Both the position numbers and the translations under genes were made by a program. A stretch of DNA of 64,000 bases from a virus. Below are positions 20,925 through 32,300 of the stretch, one piece after another. The notes under the pieces are model-generated. The model was not told the origin of the DNA and did not search any database. It worked only from the letters and a program-made list of their open reading frames with translations. Location: the IMG/VR virus record IMGVR_UViG_3300010165_000001, positions 76,165 to 140,164 of that record. One strand, written 5' to 3'. Each line of letters opens with the position of its first letter. The stretch's first letter is position 1.

Positions 20925-22019
20925 TTAGTTATTACCCCTTATTTGTATATTGTCATATTCATTTGTCGGGTACTTAGGTAAACCTGCTCCATATTTCTCA
21001 ACTTCTCCAAGATTTTCAGCATTAACAGACATTCTCTGCAATATTTTTTCCCTATCTTCACCATATTTTTGTTTATATAGTATATATATTCCTAATGTAG
21101 CTGGTGCAGCATAAGAAGTTCCTGTTCCTGAATTATATGATTGACTTACTTCTTTTGTCTTATCTATAGTTGTAGATAATATACTCGTTCCTCCGTTTGA
21201 AAAATCTATATTTCTTCCTACAGAACTATTTAGATTCTTCTCTTTATTATCTTTAATATTAGCACAAGTTACTACAAAAGGATATTTAGACGGGTATACT
21301 ACATTATGAGATTCTTGGTCATCTGAAGGTTGGGTATTACCTGCACTACAAAAAATAGCTACCCCTGCTTCATAAGCAGCTCGAAAAGCTTCTTTTCTTG
21401 CATAGGATTCTGTGGTACTAGAGAAAGAACAATTTACAGCATCCATACCATTTTCTATAGCCCAATTTATTCCTTTTATTTGGGAACTCCATATTGTCCT
21501 ATTTATACCACCTTTACCATCATCTATTCTTATAGCGTATAAATCTACATCAGGAGCTATACCTAAAACTTTATTATCTAAACCTTTAGATGCTATAATA
21601 CCTCCAACTCTTGTTCCATGACTACTCACTAAGTCTTTATCGTAAGGTACACTTGAATCATAAGCATTATATCCACCCGCTAAAACTATATTTTCATGTT
21701 TTTGTATACCTGTATCCATAACCCCTACCTTAAACCCTTTACCTGTAATTCCTTCTTTATGAAATTCCTTAATATTCATCATATCAAAAGCATAGGTTGT
21801 TTCTGTAGATTCTAAATTAGTTTCATCTGTAGTATCATTACTATCTTTTTCTATGCTTAATATACTAGGTTCTTTATATAATTCCTTAACATCTTCCTCT
21901 TCCATATAACAAATACAAATTCTTTTTATGTGTTTTAATTTTTCTATTTTTATTGCTCCATGATTTGAAAGTAACTCTTCGTTACCTTCTCTATTAAAAG
22001 TTATTAAATATTTATTCAT
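20925..22019 (-). CDS. subtilisin-like serine protease (peptidase S8) with N-terminal I9-like propeptide
   Basis: Catalytic triad contexts VGVMDTGI (Asp), HGTRVGGIIAS (His) and GTSYAAPA (Ser), in canonical order. Confidence 0.8.
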   Translation of the reverse strand: MNKYLITFNREGNEELLSNHGAIKIEKLKHIKRICICYMEEEDVKELYKEPSILSIEKDSNDTTDETNLESTETTYAFDMMNIKEFHKEGITGKGFKVGVMDTGIQKHENIVLAGGYNAYDSSVPYDKDLVSSHGTRVGGIIASKGLDNKVLGIAPDVDLYAIRIDDGKGGINRTIWSSQIKGINWAIENGMDAVNCSFSSTTESYARKEAFRAAYEAGVAIFCSAGNTQPSDDQESHNVVYPSKYPFVVTCANIKDNKEKNLNSSVGRNIDFSNGGTSILSTTIDKTKEVSQSYNSGTGTSYAAPATLGIYILYKQKYGEDREKILQRMSVNAENLGEVEKYGAGLPKYPTNEYDNIQIRGNN

Positions 22020-22801
22020 TAGTCAGTCACCTCAAACCAAATCATTGCTTCTTGTGGTTCTTCTTTAGATACTACGATAGGATTCCTAGTTATTAGTTTA
22101 TCTTTGACCTTATCATTAACTTTTAGACTTTCTAAGAATGGGTAGTACATTAAGTTTTCTTTTTCAACTGTTTCTCTCTTTTGATATTCTTCTACAGCCT
22201 TAACTACAGCATCTGCATAATCATATAACTTCTGAGTCCAGTTGTTTTTATTTTCTCTATTCGACCTTGACCAATTTCCACCTAAAAAGAAATCTTTTCG
22301 TTGTTGTGTAGAAAGTTCTAATTGTACACCCATGCCTAAAGTTGTTCTATTAGCAATATTCATTGGTTCTACACCTGCTAGATTTCCTGGTGATTCTCTA
22401 CAGTCAAAACCTTTTTCTGCTAAATTTTTCCAAATCAGGTTTTTAAGGGCAGTATTTCCACCACCCATATATGTGTAACTTCCATCTCCTGCTGCTCCAT
22501 GTACAGATATAGAATGTTTTGAATCTTGTATCTTAGATATAATTCTAGGTGCATCATACCTTGTACTCGTTACATGTAGTTGTGTATTGTTACTAGATAA
22601 TTTAGCTACAAAAGAGAAATAATTATATCCACCTTTTTCGGCTATCACTCTCGCTAATTCAGTACTACCTATCTCAATACCGCCACCATGTACAGCCATA
22701 GATATAATATCACTAGGTGCATCAATTGTTTCTATATCCCAATCTGTTCCTTCTGTTGTTTTACTCATAAGGTCAGTCATAGAATTATATAAGTCTGCCA
22801 A
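22019..22801 (-). CDS. PghP-like poly-gamma-glutamate hydrolase family protein
   Basis: AVHGGGIEIGSTELA, LHVTSTRYD, SVHG and GVQLELSTQQRKDFF match the signature blocks I remember from phage PghP/DUF867 zinc hydrolases. TTG start at 22801 sits 5 nt after AAAGGAGGG. Confidence 0.7.
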   Translation of the reverse strand: MADLYNSMTDLMSKTTEGTDWDIETIDAPSDIISMAVHGGGIEIGSTELARVIAEKGGYNYFSFVAKLSSNNTQLHVTSTRYDAPRIISKIQDSKHSISVHGAAGDGSYTYMGGGNTALKNLIWKNLAEKGFDCRESPGNLAGVEPMNIANRTTLGMGVQLELSTQQRKDFFLGGNWSRSNRENKNNWTQKLYDYADAVVKAVEEYQKRETVEKENLMYYPFLESLKVNDKVKDKLITRNPIVVSKEEPQEAMIWFEVTD

Positions 22802-25800
22802 CTATAGACCCTCCTTTATTTTATACGTAGGTAATGGTTTATCTACAAAATATAAATCTTTAATAACTGAGTCTACCGTTGTTGATAATTTAATTGTATC
22901 TGAAATAGTTCCTGTATAGGATATATAATTAGTTACATTATCTACTTCATTATCTATCATAATACATAACACTTTAGTATTTGTAGACCATTTAACTGTT
23001 ACTTTATTAAATGTATTTTCTTTAATTTTTTTAGAACTTTGTATTGTTACCCCACCTACCGTAGCCTTAACTTGACCACTATTAACCGTTTGTACTAAAA
23101 TACCTCCACCATCAATAATTGTATTATTAGATAAAGTTGTAGGTTCTATTTGAATACTTAATGTTCCTTCATTTAAGTTTAACACACTATTAGGAACTTG
23201 TAAAGTCTCACTTAAAGACTTAAATACTTCTATACCTCCATCTTTATAAATAGGTTCATTATTATTAAATGTTACTCCTCTATCAGTAATACTACTATTC
23301 CTTGTGAATATCGCTGTGTAATCTTTTGGTTTTTCTGTATCAGATATCGGGCTACTTAAATCTTTAATGTCATCTTTCGTAGCATATTCATATTTAGGAG
23401 TATATTTAGTTAATTCACCTGTACTTCTCTTATAACTTACTTGATAGAAGTAATCATAATTTAATCCTTTTATTTTAACATAATAAGTTAAATTATTCAT
23501 ATTCTCTACCTCTACTCTACAACCTGTTGGTATAGAACCTCCACCAAAATCTTTAATTGTTATTTTACTTGAGTAAAAAACAATATTATCTTGGAATGTA
23601 TCTTTCATATAAATGATAAGCTCTTCTATTGTATTTATGAATTCTCCTGTATATTCATTCACTAATTTGTTATCAATATTTGTCTTATAAGGATTATAAT
23701 TAGCTGTAGGTGCTAAGAATGGTTCACCTATTGCATTAAACGTATAGTCTTTTTCTTTAGGTTTATATTCTACAAGTAATACACCTTGTTTATTAGCATT
23801 AGCATTTGTTCTACCTTTATATACAATAATACTGAATAGTCTATTGTTGTACGAGAAAGCACCTTCATGTTCAATAATATCTGCTGTTTTCCCTTGTGCA
23901 CTTAAATAATCTTTCAGTTCTTGTGGGTGATAAGTGTAATCATTCATAATATCCCCACTAGGGCTTATCTCTTGTACACCTTGTAAATGGTATGTGTGTA
24001 TTTCTGTATCTCTAGAAGGATTGTAGTTACCTCCTAATGTTTGTACTATTGTGTTATTAACTAAAGTCATACCTTGTTTCTTAGCTGAATTATTCGTAAC
24101 CCCAGTTAATAAATCATCAGACCATAAAGTTGAGTTAGAAGGGTTTATCCATAAGTAACCTGTTCGTTTACTAAAGTCTTTATTGAAGAATACAATTGTA
24201 TCTCTTTGTAAATATACTCCTTTGGTTTGATTATAATATTCTACTCCCCAACCATCTTTAGTTCTAAAGAAGTTCATGTAAGCATTTAAATTAAACTCTT
24301 TAATTGGTGTTAAAGTAGATTTCTCTTGTATATTTCTTAGGCTTGTAACATCAAACTTACCAATATTAAAACTATCTGTTCTAGCATAAAGATATGTTTT
24401 ATTACCTTCTGTTTCTACATGTAATCCTTCTCCACCTGTAGTTCCTGCGAAGAACATGTTTACATATTTAAAGAATTCATCGTATACAACAATCAGTCTT
24501 TTACTCCCTGATTCTGGTGCTGAGTGTATAATATACGTATAACCGTTATGAATTGCTAATCCTTGTGGGAATAAATAAGATAAATTTTCAGATGTTATAA
24601 TACTATCATAATCTTTAAATTTAAAAGGTAAATCTGCATGTATCTTTATATCTCTAAATGTTGTTTGTCTATATTTCTCTTCTGTTTGTTTAATCTCTGG
24701 AATACTATCTACATTCAAATCATCTTTAAATGTTACTAACTCTCGAATAATCTCATCATTTGTTTTTACGTATTTATTAATGTTACTCATAAAATTATTT
24801 AAGTTAGTAATATTACCCTCTACTCTTGAAGATACTTGTTGAACTTGAGTATTAAGTCCTGTAACTTGTTCTAAAGCACTTTTAGAACGTTGTTCAGACC
24901 TTTCAGAAGCATCTATAACTTCTAATAGGTTTTGTTTACCTGCACCATCTAAAAGGTTATTCACACCTTCTAAAGATTCTTGGATTGCTTTTAATTTAGA
25001 TAACTGTTCATCTATCTGATTATCTATATCATCTATCATAGGTTTACCATCTAAAAGTAATCCTTGGTCAGTAAATCTTAAATCATGATTACCGTTTTTT
25101 ATATAGAAATCGTTATGTTCTTTATCTATACCGTATTCTACATAATCTTGTCCGTTATCAAGTATTAAATCATCTTTCTGGGATAATGTACGTTGGTTTC
25201 CTTGGTCGTCAATCTCCCAAGAAGTTCTACTATTCGTTTCAGTATTAAGTACAGAGAACCTAAGCGTACCTTGTTCTGTTAGCTGTAACATTGTAATATG
25301 GTTATTTGTATTTAAATCTCCTTGGTGTTTAAATAACATATCAGGTGCTCTTTGGTTTCTAGATTCAATGATTTCACCATTACCATATTTAGAAGACATT
25401 AAGTCTTCATATTCTGTACCTATACCAAAATCAGTTGCCATTGGTTTTTCATCGTCTTCAGATGTTATTGATAGGAAAGAGTTACCATTTAAACTTCTAA
25501 CAATTGTACCATTACCATTTTGGAATGAGTAATTTAAAGAAGGGAAGATAGAAAACATCATACTACCGTAAGTATAAATATCATCGTTTCTAATGTCTCC
25601 ACTCTCTAATGGATTAGGTGTTAGCATCTTACTATCCTCTGGATTAGAATAAATAGATAAGACAATAGGGTTTCCACTTTCACCTTCTATAAATCCTAAT
25701 AAAACTAGCATACCTGGAATAATTAATGGTGTAGAACCAAAAGGTCTTCCTTCTGGTGTTCTACCTGTAAATCCTCTTGGAAATGGTATAGAATATTGTC

Positions 25801-25972
25801 CATCTGTACCATTTACTCTTCCTGCATATGTTCTACTTGTTCTTACTTCTACAGTACTGTATTGATAATTGACTTTCGTTATTGTACCATAAGTTAAACT
25901 ATTAATTTTAAAATCATCTGAATCTGTTTTCTTTAAGTTACTACCTAAAGAAGATTGCATTTGTATTGCCAT
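22802..25972 (-). CDS. baseplate hub/tail tip protein (1056 aa)
   Basis: Follows the two tail-associated hydrolases, where K-like phages carry the hub protein. Central coiled-coil region; no GDPD motif seen. Confidence 0.5.
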   Translation of the reverse strand: MAIQMQSSLGSNLKKTDSDDFKINSLTYGTITKVNYQYSTVEVRTSRTYAGRVNGTDGQYSIPFPRGFTGRTPEGRPFGSTPLIIPGMLVLLGFIEGESGNPIVLSIYSNPEDSKMLTPNPLESGDIRNDDIYTYGSMMFSIFPSLNYSFQNGNGTIVRSLNGNSFLSITSEDDEKPMATDFGIGTEYEDLMSSKYGNGEIIESRNQRAPDMLFKHQGDLNTNNHITMLQLTEQGTLRFSVLNTETNSRTSWEIDDQGNQRTLSQKDDLILDNGQDYVEYGIDKEHNDFYIKNGNHDLRFTDQGLLLDGKPMIDDIDNQIDEQLSKLKAIQESLEGVNNLLDGAGKQNLLEVIDASERSEQRSKSALEQVTGLNTQVQQVSSRVEGNITNLNNFMSNINKYVKTNDEIIRELVTFKDDLNVDSIPEIKQTEEKYRQTTFRDIKIHADLPFKFKDYDSIITSENLSYLFPQGLAIHNGYTYIIHSAPESGSKRLIVVYDEFFKYVNMFFAGTTGGEGLHVETEGNKTYLYARTDSFNIGKFDVTSLRNIQEKSTLTPIKEFNLNAYMNFFRTKDGWGVEYYNQTKGVYLQRDTIVFFNKDFSKRTGYLWINPSNSTLWSDDLLTGVTNNSAKKQGMTLVNNTIVQTLGGNYNPSRDTEIHTYHLQGVQEISPSGDIMNDYTYHPQELKDYLSAQGKTADIIEHEGAFSYNNRLFSIIVYKGRTNANANKQGVLLVEYKPKEKDYTFNAIGEPFLAPTANYNPYKTNIDNKLVNEYTGEFINTIEELIIYMKDTFQDNIVFYSSKITIKDFGGGSIPTGCRVEVENMNNLTYYVKIKGLNYDYFYQVSYKRSTGELTKYTPKYEYATKDDIKDLSSPISDTEKPKDYTAIFTRNSSITDRGVTFNNNEPIYKDGGIEVFKSLSETLQVPNSVLNLNEGTLSIQIEPTTLSNNTIIDGGGILVQTVNSGQVKATVGGVTIQSSKKIKENTFNKVTVKWSTNTKVLCIMIDNEVDNVTNYISYTGTISDTIKLSTTVDSVIKDLYFVDKPLPTYKIKEGL

Positions 25973-26875
25973 TTATTTACCCTCCACGTAAAAATCAAAT
26001 ATAGGGTCTTTATATCTCATAACTCTTCCGTTAAAAGCTTCCCAAAGTTCTTCTAACTTATAAGTTTTCACTTTTCCAGATTCGTCTATAGGGAAGTGAC
26101 CTATAATAGTTGCTACTTCTCCATCTCCCATATAAATACCTACATTATCGTCATTAATACCAAAGAATATTAAATCTCCTTCATTAATTTTTGAAATGTC
26201 ATCTTTATATTTATGACCCTTTTCTAGTATAGTATTAAAATTCTCTCCTGTCAAGACATTAACACTTCTTAATGGATATTCTAATTCTACATCTACATTA
26301 TAGTATAGCCAATAGATAAAGTTATATGAATCACAAGGAAGTTGTTTATCATCATTCACTAATGGATTCTGAAAGGGATAACCTTTATACATATAATAAA
26401 TATTATCTAAATTAACGTTACCTATCATATATTCATAGTAAGCTTGTTCTGACTTTCTAAGTTCAGGTTGTAGGTCTTCATAATCCATATAGGTAGCATA
26501 TATTTGCTGTATGTCTGAAGATAAGGAACTTATAAAATAACTTGATTTAAGTGTTCTTTCTACTTTTATTTGTTCAGTATGTTCTGATTCAGCCTTCTTA
26601 CCATCATAAGTATGTGTTAAGGTTCTTACCTTAATATTTACTTCATATAATCCTGTTTGTATTTCTTTTATATCATAGTTAGAGTTTGTTATTATCATTT
26701 GTTGAATTACATTAGAGTAAGGTCTTAAATGTGAAGCTGAATCTACTGTATCTGTTTCTGCTATTTGTTCTAATTCTTTTTGTTTATCAAATATTGTATC
26801 TTCATCAAAATCTTTTTCATATTCATATATATTTTTAATATACATCTCTACTATTTTATTAATATCTGTATCCAA
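25973..26875 (-). CDS. NlpC/P60-like tail-associated peptidase (300 aa)
   Basis: C-terminal half has the Cys...His arrangement (PCDSYNFIYWLYY ... GDLIFFG ... VGIYMGDGEVATIIGH). TTG start after TAAGGAGG. Confidence 0.6.
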   Translation of the reverse strand: MDTDINKIVEMYIKNIYEYEKDFDEDTIFDKQKELEQIAETDTVDSASHLRPYSNVIQQMIITNSNYDIKEIQTGLYEVNIKVRTLTHTYDGKKAESEHTEQIKVERTLKSSYFISSLSSDIQQIYATYMDYEDLQPELRKSEQAYYEYMIGNVNLDNIYYMYKGYPFQNPLVNDDKQLPCDSYNFIYWLYYNVDVELEYPLRSVNVLTGENFNTILEKGHKYKDDISKINEGDLIFFGINDDNVGIYMGDGEVATIIGHFPIDESGKVKTYKLEELWEAFNGRVMRYKDPIFDFYVEGK

Positions 26876-26887
26876 AATAGAACCTCC

Positions 26888-29332
26888 TTAATCGTAAATA
26901 AACTTAGCATTTTTCCCTTCAGGTGAACTCATTTGTATTGTTCTTTCACCATAACCTTTTGGTGTATCATAGTTGTATTCAGAAACATGGAAAGATTTAC
27001 CATCACTTGATACAGATTCAACAAAAGCTACGTGACCATATTGACCTGAACCACCTGCTACCCCTCTTTGCCAAACACCAACTGCACCTTGTTTAGGTGT
27101 ACTTCCTGTTTTAACTCCTGCTGCTTTAGCTGTTCCTATCCATTCGGCAGCATCTCCTGCAAATGGTGTGCTTAATCCTAGTTCATATCGTCTATTGTAA
27201 CAATACCAAGTACATTGTCTAGCCCATTGACCTGTGTTAGGGTTTCCTGGTGCTATCCATGAAGTATTTGATTTATTTTTAGGTGTCGGTAGTTTACCTT
27301 TATATTTTTTAAGACCTGATAGTGTTCCCCCACCATGTTCACTTCCACCATCACCATCTCCATCACCAGATTTCTTCTTCTTAGAAGCTACACCTTCTTC
27401 TTTAAGTTGTGTTAAAGTTTTCTCTCCTAAATATCCACCTAAGAAATCTACACTTTGACCCCATAAGAAAGCAAATCTATTAGATGAACCTGATTCATTT
27501 TTATCATTAGGTTCCATTCTTAAACCTCTTGTTACTCCTAGAGTTGTTGTGTACCCTTGTTGCATATCAAAGTTATGTTCAACAGATTCTATATAATATT
27601 CCCAACGTTCATTATTCTGTCTATTGTGCATGATTAATCTTTTACCTAAATCATAATCTCCACTACCTAATACTGTTAGTGTACCGTTAGAGAAGTTTTG
27701 GTTTGCATGATACCAATTAAATAATTTTTTAGAGAATATAGAAAAAGCATTATCACCTGCAGCTGCTCCTGTTTCTTGAGCATTTTGAACTCTTTGTTTA
27801 GCTCTATCTGTAAACTTCTTATAGTCTTCTGAAGTTAAAGCACCTTTTTTCTTCTTAAAATCTGCTGTTAATTGTGCTATATGTGTTTCTTTAATCATAG
27901 GGTATTTTTCTTTAATTGCTTTAGTTAATTTCTTATAATCACTATCTTCTTTAAAAGTTTCTTTGAATTTACTTTGAGGATATTTACCTTCTACAAAACT
28001 TTGTACGTCTTTTGCTGAAGGGAATTTACTAATTGCATCTTCAGTTACTTTTCTATTAGGGTCTATTCCTGTTACTTCTTGGAAGTATTCAGGAGGTAAA
28101 CTGTTTGTTTTAATATATTTCTCTACAAGTTTCTTAGCTTTAGGTTTATCTAATCCTCTATATTTAGAAGACATTCTCTTGACAATTCCATCTTTATCTC
28201 TAGAAACACGTTTTTGTCCTAAGTCTTCAAGTTCGTTAAATATTTGGTCGTATGTTATTTCAACATTACCTTTATCGTCATTTTCTTGACTATCTCCTTC
28301 TTCAGAGTTACTATCTGAATCAGTCATAGGTAAGAACATGTATTCTGCTTCTAGTTTCTTATACCCATACCTATTTCTTAAAGCTCTATGAGTTTGTGGT
28401 TTAGAAGATACTGTAGAAGATAATTCTTTAGTTTGTTGTGGTGTTACAACATTAAATACTGCGTATGATTCAACATCAGATTTACCTAAGTCTTCATTAA
28501 TTAATCTTCCAGTGTCTTCATGAACAATTTCTAAAGCTCTCCAGTCACTTGGGTCAAATGGGGTTCTCCTTAATACTAATTCTGACTTGCCTTCTTCTCC
28601 ATTTCTAAAGAATAATTCATTAAATGGTTTACAAGTAATTAAATCTAACATCTGTTTGAAATTACCGTCAAAATTAATTAAGTTTGAATGGTCTTGTAAG
28701 TTTTCATATTCTTCCCAACTAGCTAAGTTTCTAGTAAAGTTACTCTTAAGTGTTTTATCTACATTACCATTCTCACCTGAGTAATCATATTTCATATATT
28801 CTAAAAATCTATCTAAAGCTGAATTCATAACTTCTTTTGCTGTTTTACCAGTAAATTCAATACCATGTTCTTTATCATCTGGTAACCATCCTACACTAGA
28901 AGAAAGAACTGCACTTACTTCTTGTATAATACCTAAACCAAAGTTTAAAAATGGTTTAGAGAATGATTGTCCTGTTACTCTGTATACTGCTTTATCATTA
29001 GAGTGTTCTCCAACTGTAGATACTTGACTTACCATTCCGTTTAGTATTAAGTGCTCTTTTCCATCTATAATTGTTTCATCTTCTATTACGTATATTTTAA
29101 TAATATCATTTGCTTGTAGCACTCTATCCCATTGAACATCTCCGTAGAGGATAATTTGGAATACTGCACTATCATCAGACATTGAGTTTTTTGTTTGAAA
29201 TTGTATAGCACGACTTGTTTTTTCTTTATCAGTAGCTGAAGCTCTTGCTTCATATTCAAAAGATACAGCATTAGTATCGTTAATAGCCTCTACTCTGAAT
29301 CTTGGTCGTCTTACGTGATAGCTTTTAGTCAA
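26888..29332 (-). CDS. tail-associated murein hydrolase with C-terminal CHAP domain (814 aa)
   Basis: C-terminal WARQCTWYCYNRRYELG ... GHVAFVESV ... SEYNY is a CHAP Cys/His signature. Size and position match the roughly 808-aa tail lysin of phage K. TTG start after AAGGAGTGA. Confidence 0.75.
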   Translation of the reverse strand: MTKSYHVRRPRFRVEAINDTNAVSFEYEARASATDKEKTSRAIQFQTKNSMSDDSAVFQIILYGDVQWDRVLQANDIIKIYVIEDETIIDGKEHLILNGMVSQVSTVGEHSNDKAVYRVTGQSFSKPFLNFGLGIIQEVSAVLSSSVGWLPDDKEHGIEFTGKTAKEVMNSALDRFLEYMKYDYSGENGNVDKTLKSNFTRNLASWEEYENLQDHSNLINFDGNFKQMLDLITCKPFNELFFRNGEEGKSELVLRRTPFDPSDWRALEIVHEDTGRLINEDLGKSDVESYAVFNVVTPQQTKELSSTVSSKPQTHRALRNRYGYKKLEAEYMFLPMTDSDSNSEEGDSQENDDKGNVEITYDQIFNELEDLGQKRVSRDKDGIVKRMSSKYRGLDKPKAKKLVEKYIKTNSLPPEYFQEVTGIDPNRKVTEDAISKFPSAKDVQSFVEGKYPQSKFKETFKEDSDYKKLTKAIKEKYPMIKETHIAQLTADFKKKKGALTSEDYKKFTDRAKQRVQNAQETGAAAGDNAFSIFSKKLFNWYHANQNFSNGTLTVLGSGDYDLGKRLIMHNRQNNERWEYYIESVEHNFDMQQGYTTTLGVTRGLRMEPNDKNESGSSNRFAFLWGQSVDFLGGYLGEKTLTQLKEEGVASKKKKSGDGDGDGGSEHGGGTLSGLKKYKGKLPTPKNKSNTSWIAPGNPNTGQWARQCTWYCYNRRYELGLSTPFAGDAAEWIGTAKAAGVKTGSTPKQGAVGVWQRGVAGGSGQYGHVAFVESVSSDGKSFHVSEYNYDTPKGYGERTIQMSSPEGKNAKFIYD

Positions 29333-29380
29333 TCAGTGTCACTCCTTTTTTTATATGTATACATAGTAGGTTTTACCCTA

Positions 29381-32300
29381 CTATGTTCTTCGATAGTTAT
29401 TTTGGAAAATATCAAAATCACTTGAATCAAAGTAACTATCTAATCTCTCTCTAACAGCTTGTGCTGTTTCTGCTGGACTATCCCCGCCATTAATATTTAT
29501 ACTTACTGATACGTTAGCAGTATTACCTGAGGTTGGTTGAGTCATTGTTGCTTGCTGACTTTGTAAAGTAGCCATGGAGCGGTTTGTGTATGTTGGTTCA
29601 GATGACCAATCTTTACCGCCTCCACCACCTCCATATTTTTTCTTAAAGGATTTAGCATTGTTAACTCTAGTACCCATCATAGCTTCATGTGCACCCATAC
29701 GTTCAAATCCTGTAGCAAATGCTTGAGTATTTTTCTCAAGACTAGCATTTTTACTCCATCCTGCATTTTTAAGACTGTTACTCTCATAATCTGATTGCAT
29801 TTCTTTCCATAGATAATCTAATTGAACATCTAAATCACTTGATTTTTTTCCTTTAGATTTAGCAAAATTATCTAGTCCCGTTTTTCTAGAACCTAGCCAT
29901 TGAGCTATACCAAAAGCTCCGCTAGAAGGGTTTTTAGCATTAGGGTCAAGATTAGATTCTTGTTTTAGGTTACCCATAATAGCTCCTACCTGATTATCAG
30001 ATAGTCCTTTAGATTTTAAGAAATTATATATTTTCTTAGAACCACTACCTCCAACGTCTGATGCACTGCCTCCTGAGTCCTCTGAATCACTATCTCCTCC
30101 AGCATCTAAACCTTTAGCTTCTTGGATAGATTGTTCCCAACGTGTTAGTAGGTTTTTGAACATGTTTAAATTCTCAGATTCAGATTTATTGTTTTTCTGT
30201 CTTAGTTCTTCAGCAGTCATTTTTTTCTTCTTATTTTCTGAGCCTTTGATACTATTTTCTTGTCCTCCTGAATTTTCAGTATTATCATAAGCTCCTGCAA
30301 TTCCAGTGGAATCTTGTCCTCCACCGCCACCACCTTTAGCTTCATTTCCTCCACCAAAGAGTGACTTGATTCCATTAATAGCTCCCATAACAGGTTTACC
30401 TACAACAGAATCTCCGAAACCACCTTTACCATCTTTATCTCCGTTACCCCAACTAAAGTCTACAAGTCCACCTTTTCCAACGATATTTCCTTTTTTAATA
30501 GCTTCATTGTTTTTCTTAGTAGTATCATAAGCGTATTCTCCTACAGAGCCACCTAAAAGTCCTCCTGCAGTCGCTCCAATAGCTGTACCTATTCCAGGTA
30601 CTACAGAACCTAGAGTTCCTCCTATAGTAGCTCCTGCTGTTGCTCCTACACCACCACTAGCACCTTTCATATCTCCTTGCATTAAGGAACTTCCAATTCC
30701 TAAAGCACTTAAGGCTCCTCCTACAAGAGGTATTCCTTTACCGAATTTACCAACCTTACCTAGCTTACCTAGCATACCTGAACCTTTACCTAAAGTTTTA
30801 CTCATATTACCTGTAGGTGATTGTCCACCAAAGCTAGATAGTTTTCCAAATCCTTTTTGGGAAAATCCTTTAGATTTATCAAAACCCTTACCTAATATAG
30901 ATTCAGTTTTAGATACTTTTTCGGACTTAGCTAAATCACTTAGTTTACCTTTAGCCATATTAGGGAATCCTCTTAAAGCTTTATCCCCTTTAAGGAATTT
31001 AATTCCAGCTCTTTTACCTAGTCGTTTAGTTCCACCTTTTTTATAACTGTCTTTACCTTTACCGTAGATACCTTTACCTTTTTCAAATCCTTTTTTACCT
31101 AGGTCTCCTAATTTACCTATTCCACCATTCATAAGAGCTTCCATAGCCATCATTTGCATCATCATAGAACCCATAGAACCCATAGATGAACCGCCTGTAG
31201 GATTTCCTTCTTCATCGGTTTGTCCACCACTCATCATGGAACCCATCATCATAGGCATCATACCAAATCTAGCCATTCGTCCTCCTGCTTGACCGATTTT
31301 ACCTAACATACCTTTACGTTTTCCACCTTCTTGAGTGTCCCCACCTCCAAATGGGCTTCCCATCATTCCGCCCATCATCATTCCAGACATCATTCCGTTA
31401 TCTACAATACCACTAGAACCTGAGCTTTTTTCATTAGATTTTCCACTTGCTCGTTTTCTTCCTCTAGGAGTACCTCCTAAGTTTGTACCTTTTCCTGATT
31501 TGTTATCTTTATCTGCTCTTTGACGAGTCATAGAGGAACCTCTTCTATTCATTGCTCCTCCTGCACGTTTCATTCCATAAGCTCCACCCATCATTGCAGC
31601 AGATGAAGCCATACTTGCTGCTAGTGCTTCTCCAGCAACCATTATTTGATAAAAAACTGGATTTAATCCAGCTAACATTCCTTGGAAGTTTCTTAAAGCT
31701 CCTAATGATTCATATAAAGCTTGTGATTGAGCTTCTTGTCTAGATTGTGTTGTGTTATCTTTACCTTGTTGTTGTTCTGATTGGTCTTTGTTGTTTTTGT
31801 CTATCTCACTAGAGTCTTGGTATTCTTTTACTTTCTTACCTAATTCTTCCTCAGATAATTCACCTTTGTCATACAACTTCATGATTTCTTCAGCTTGTTG
31901 TCCACTAAGTCCAAAATTATCCATGAGACCCATACCAGTAGCAGCTTCTTGTTCAGATGTTGCTGTACCATAGAATCCCATGAATTGACTTAAGTTCTCC
32001 CCTAGTTTACTAGGGTCTCCTAAATCTTTTCTTTGTTGCCATGCTCCTGTAACACCTGTGTATTCAGAACCGAACCCCATTATATTTCTCATTGAAGGGT
32101 CTTGGTATGCTCCCGCAATACCTTGTTGGATTTGGTTTAAAGCATTTGCACCTTTTTCACCTTGTAATGCTTTATTACCTGATTCTGCAAAAGTACCCTG
32201 TAAACTAGCAATAGAATTTAAATCAGCAGTTGAAAGTTCACGTTGAGCTCCCATTGTATTAGACATAGAAGATAAAGCTTTTAGTTGTTCATCTGCTTGG

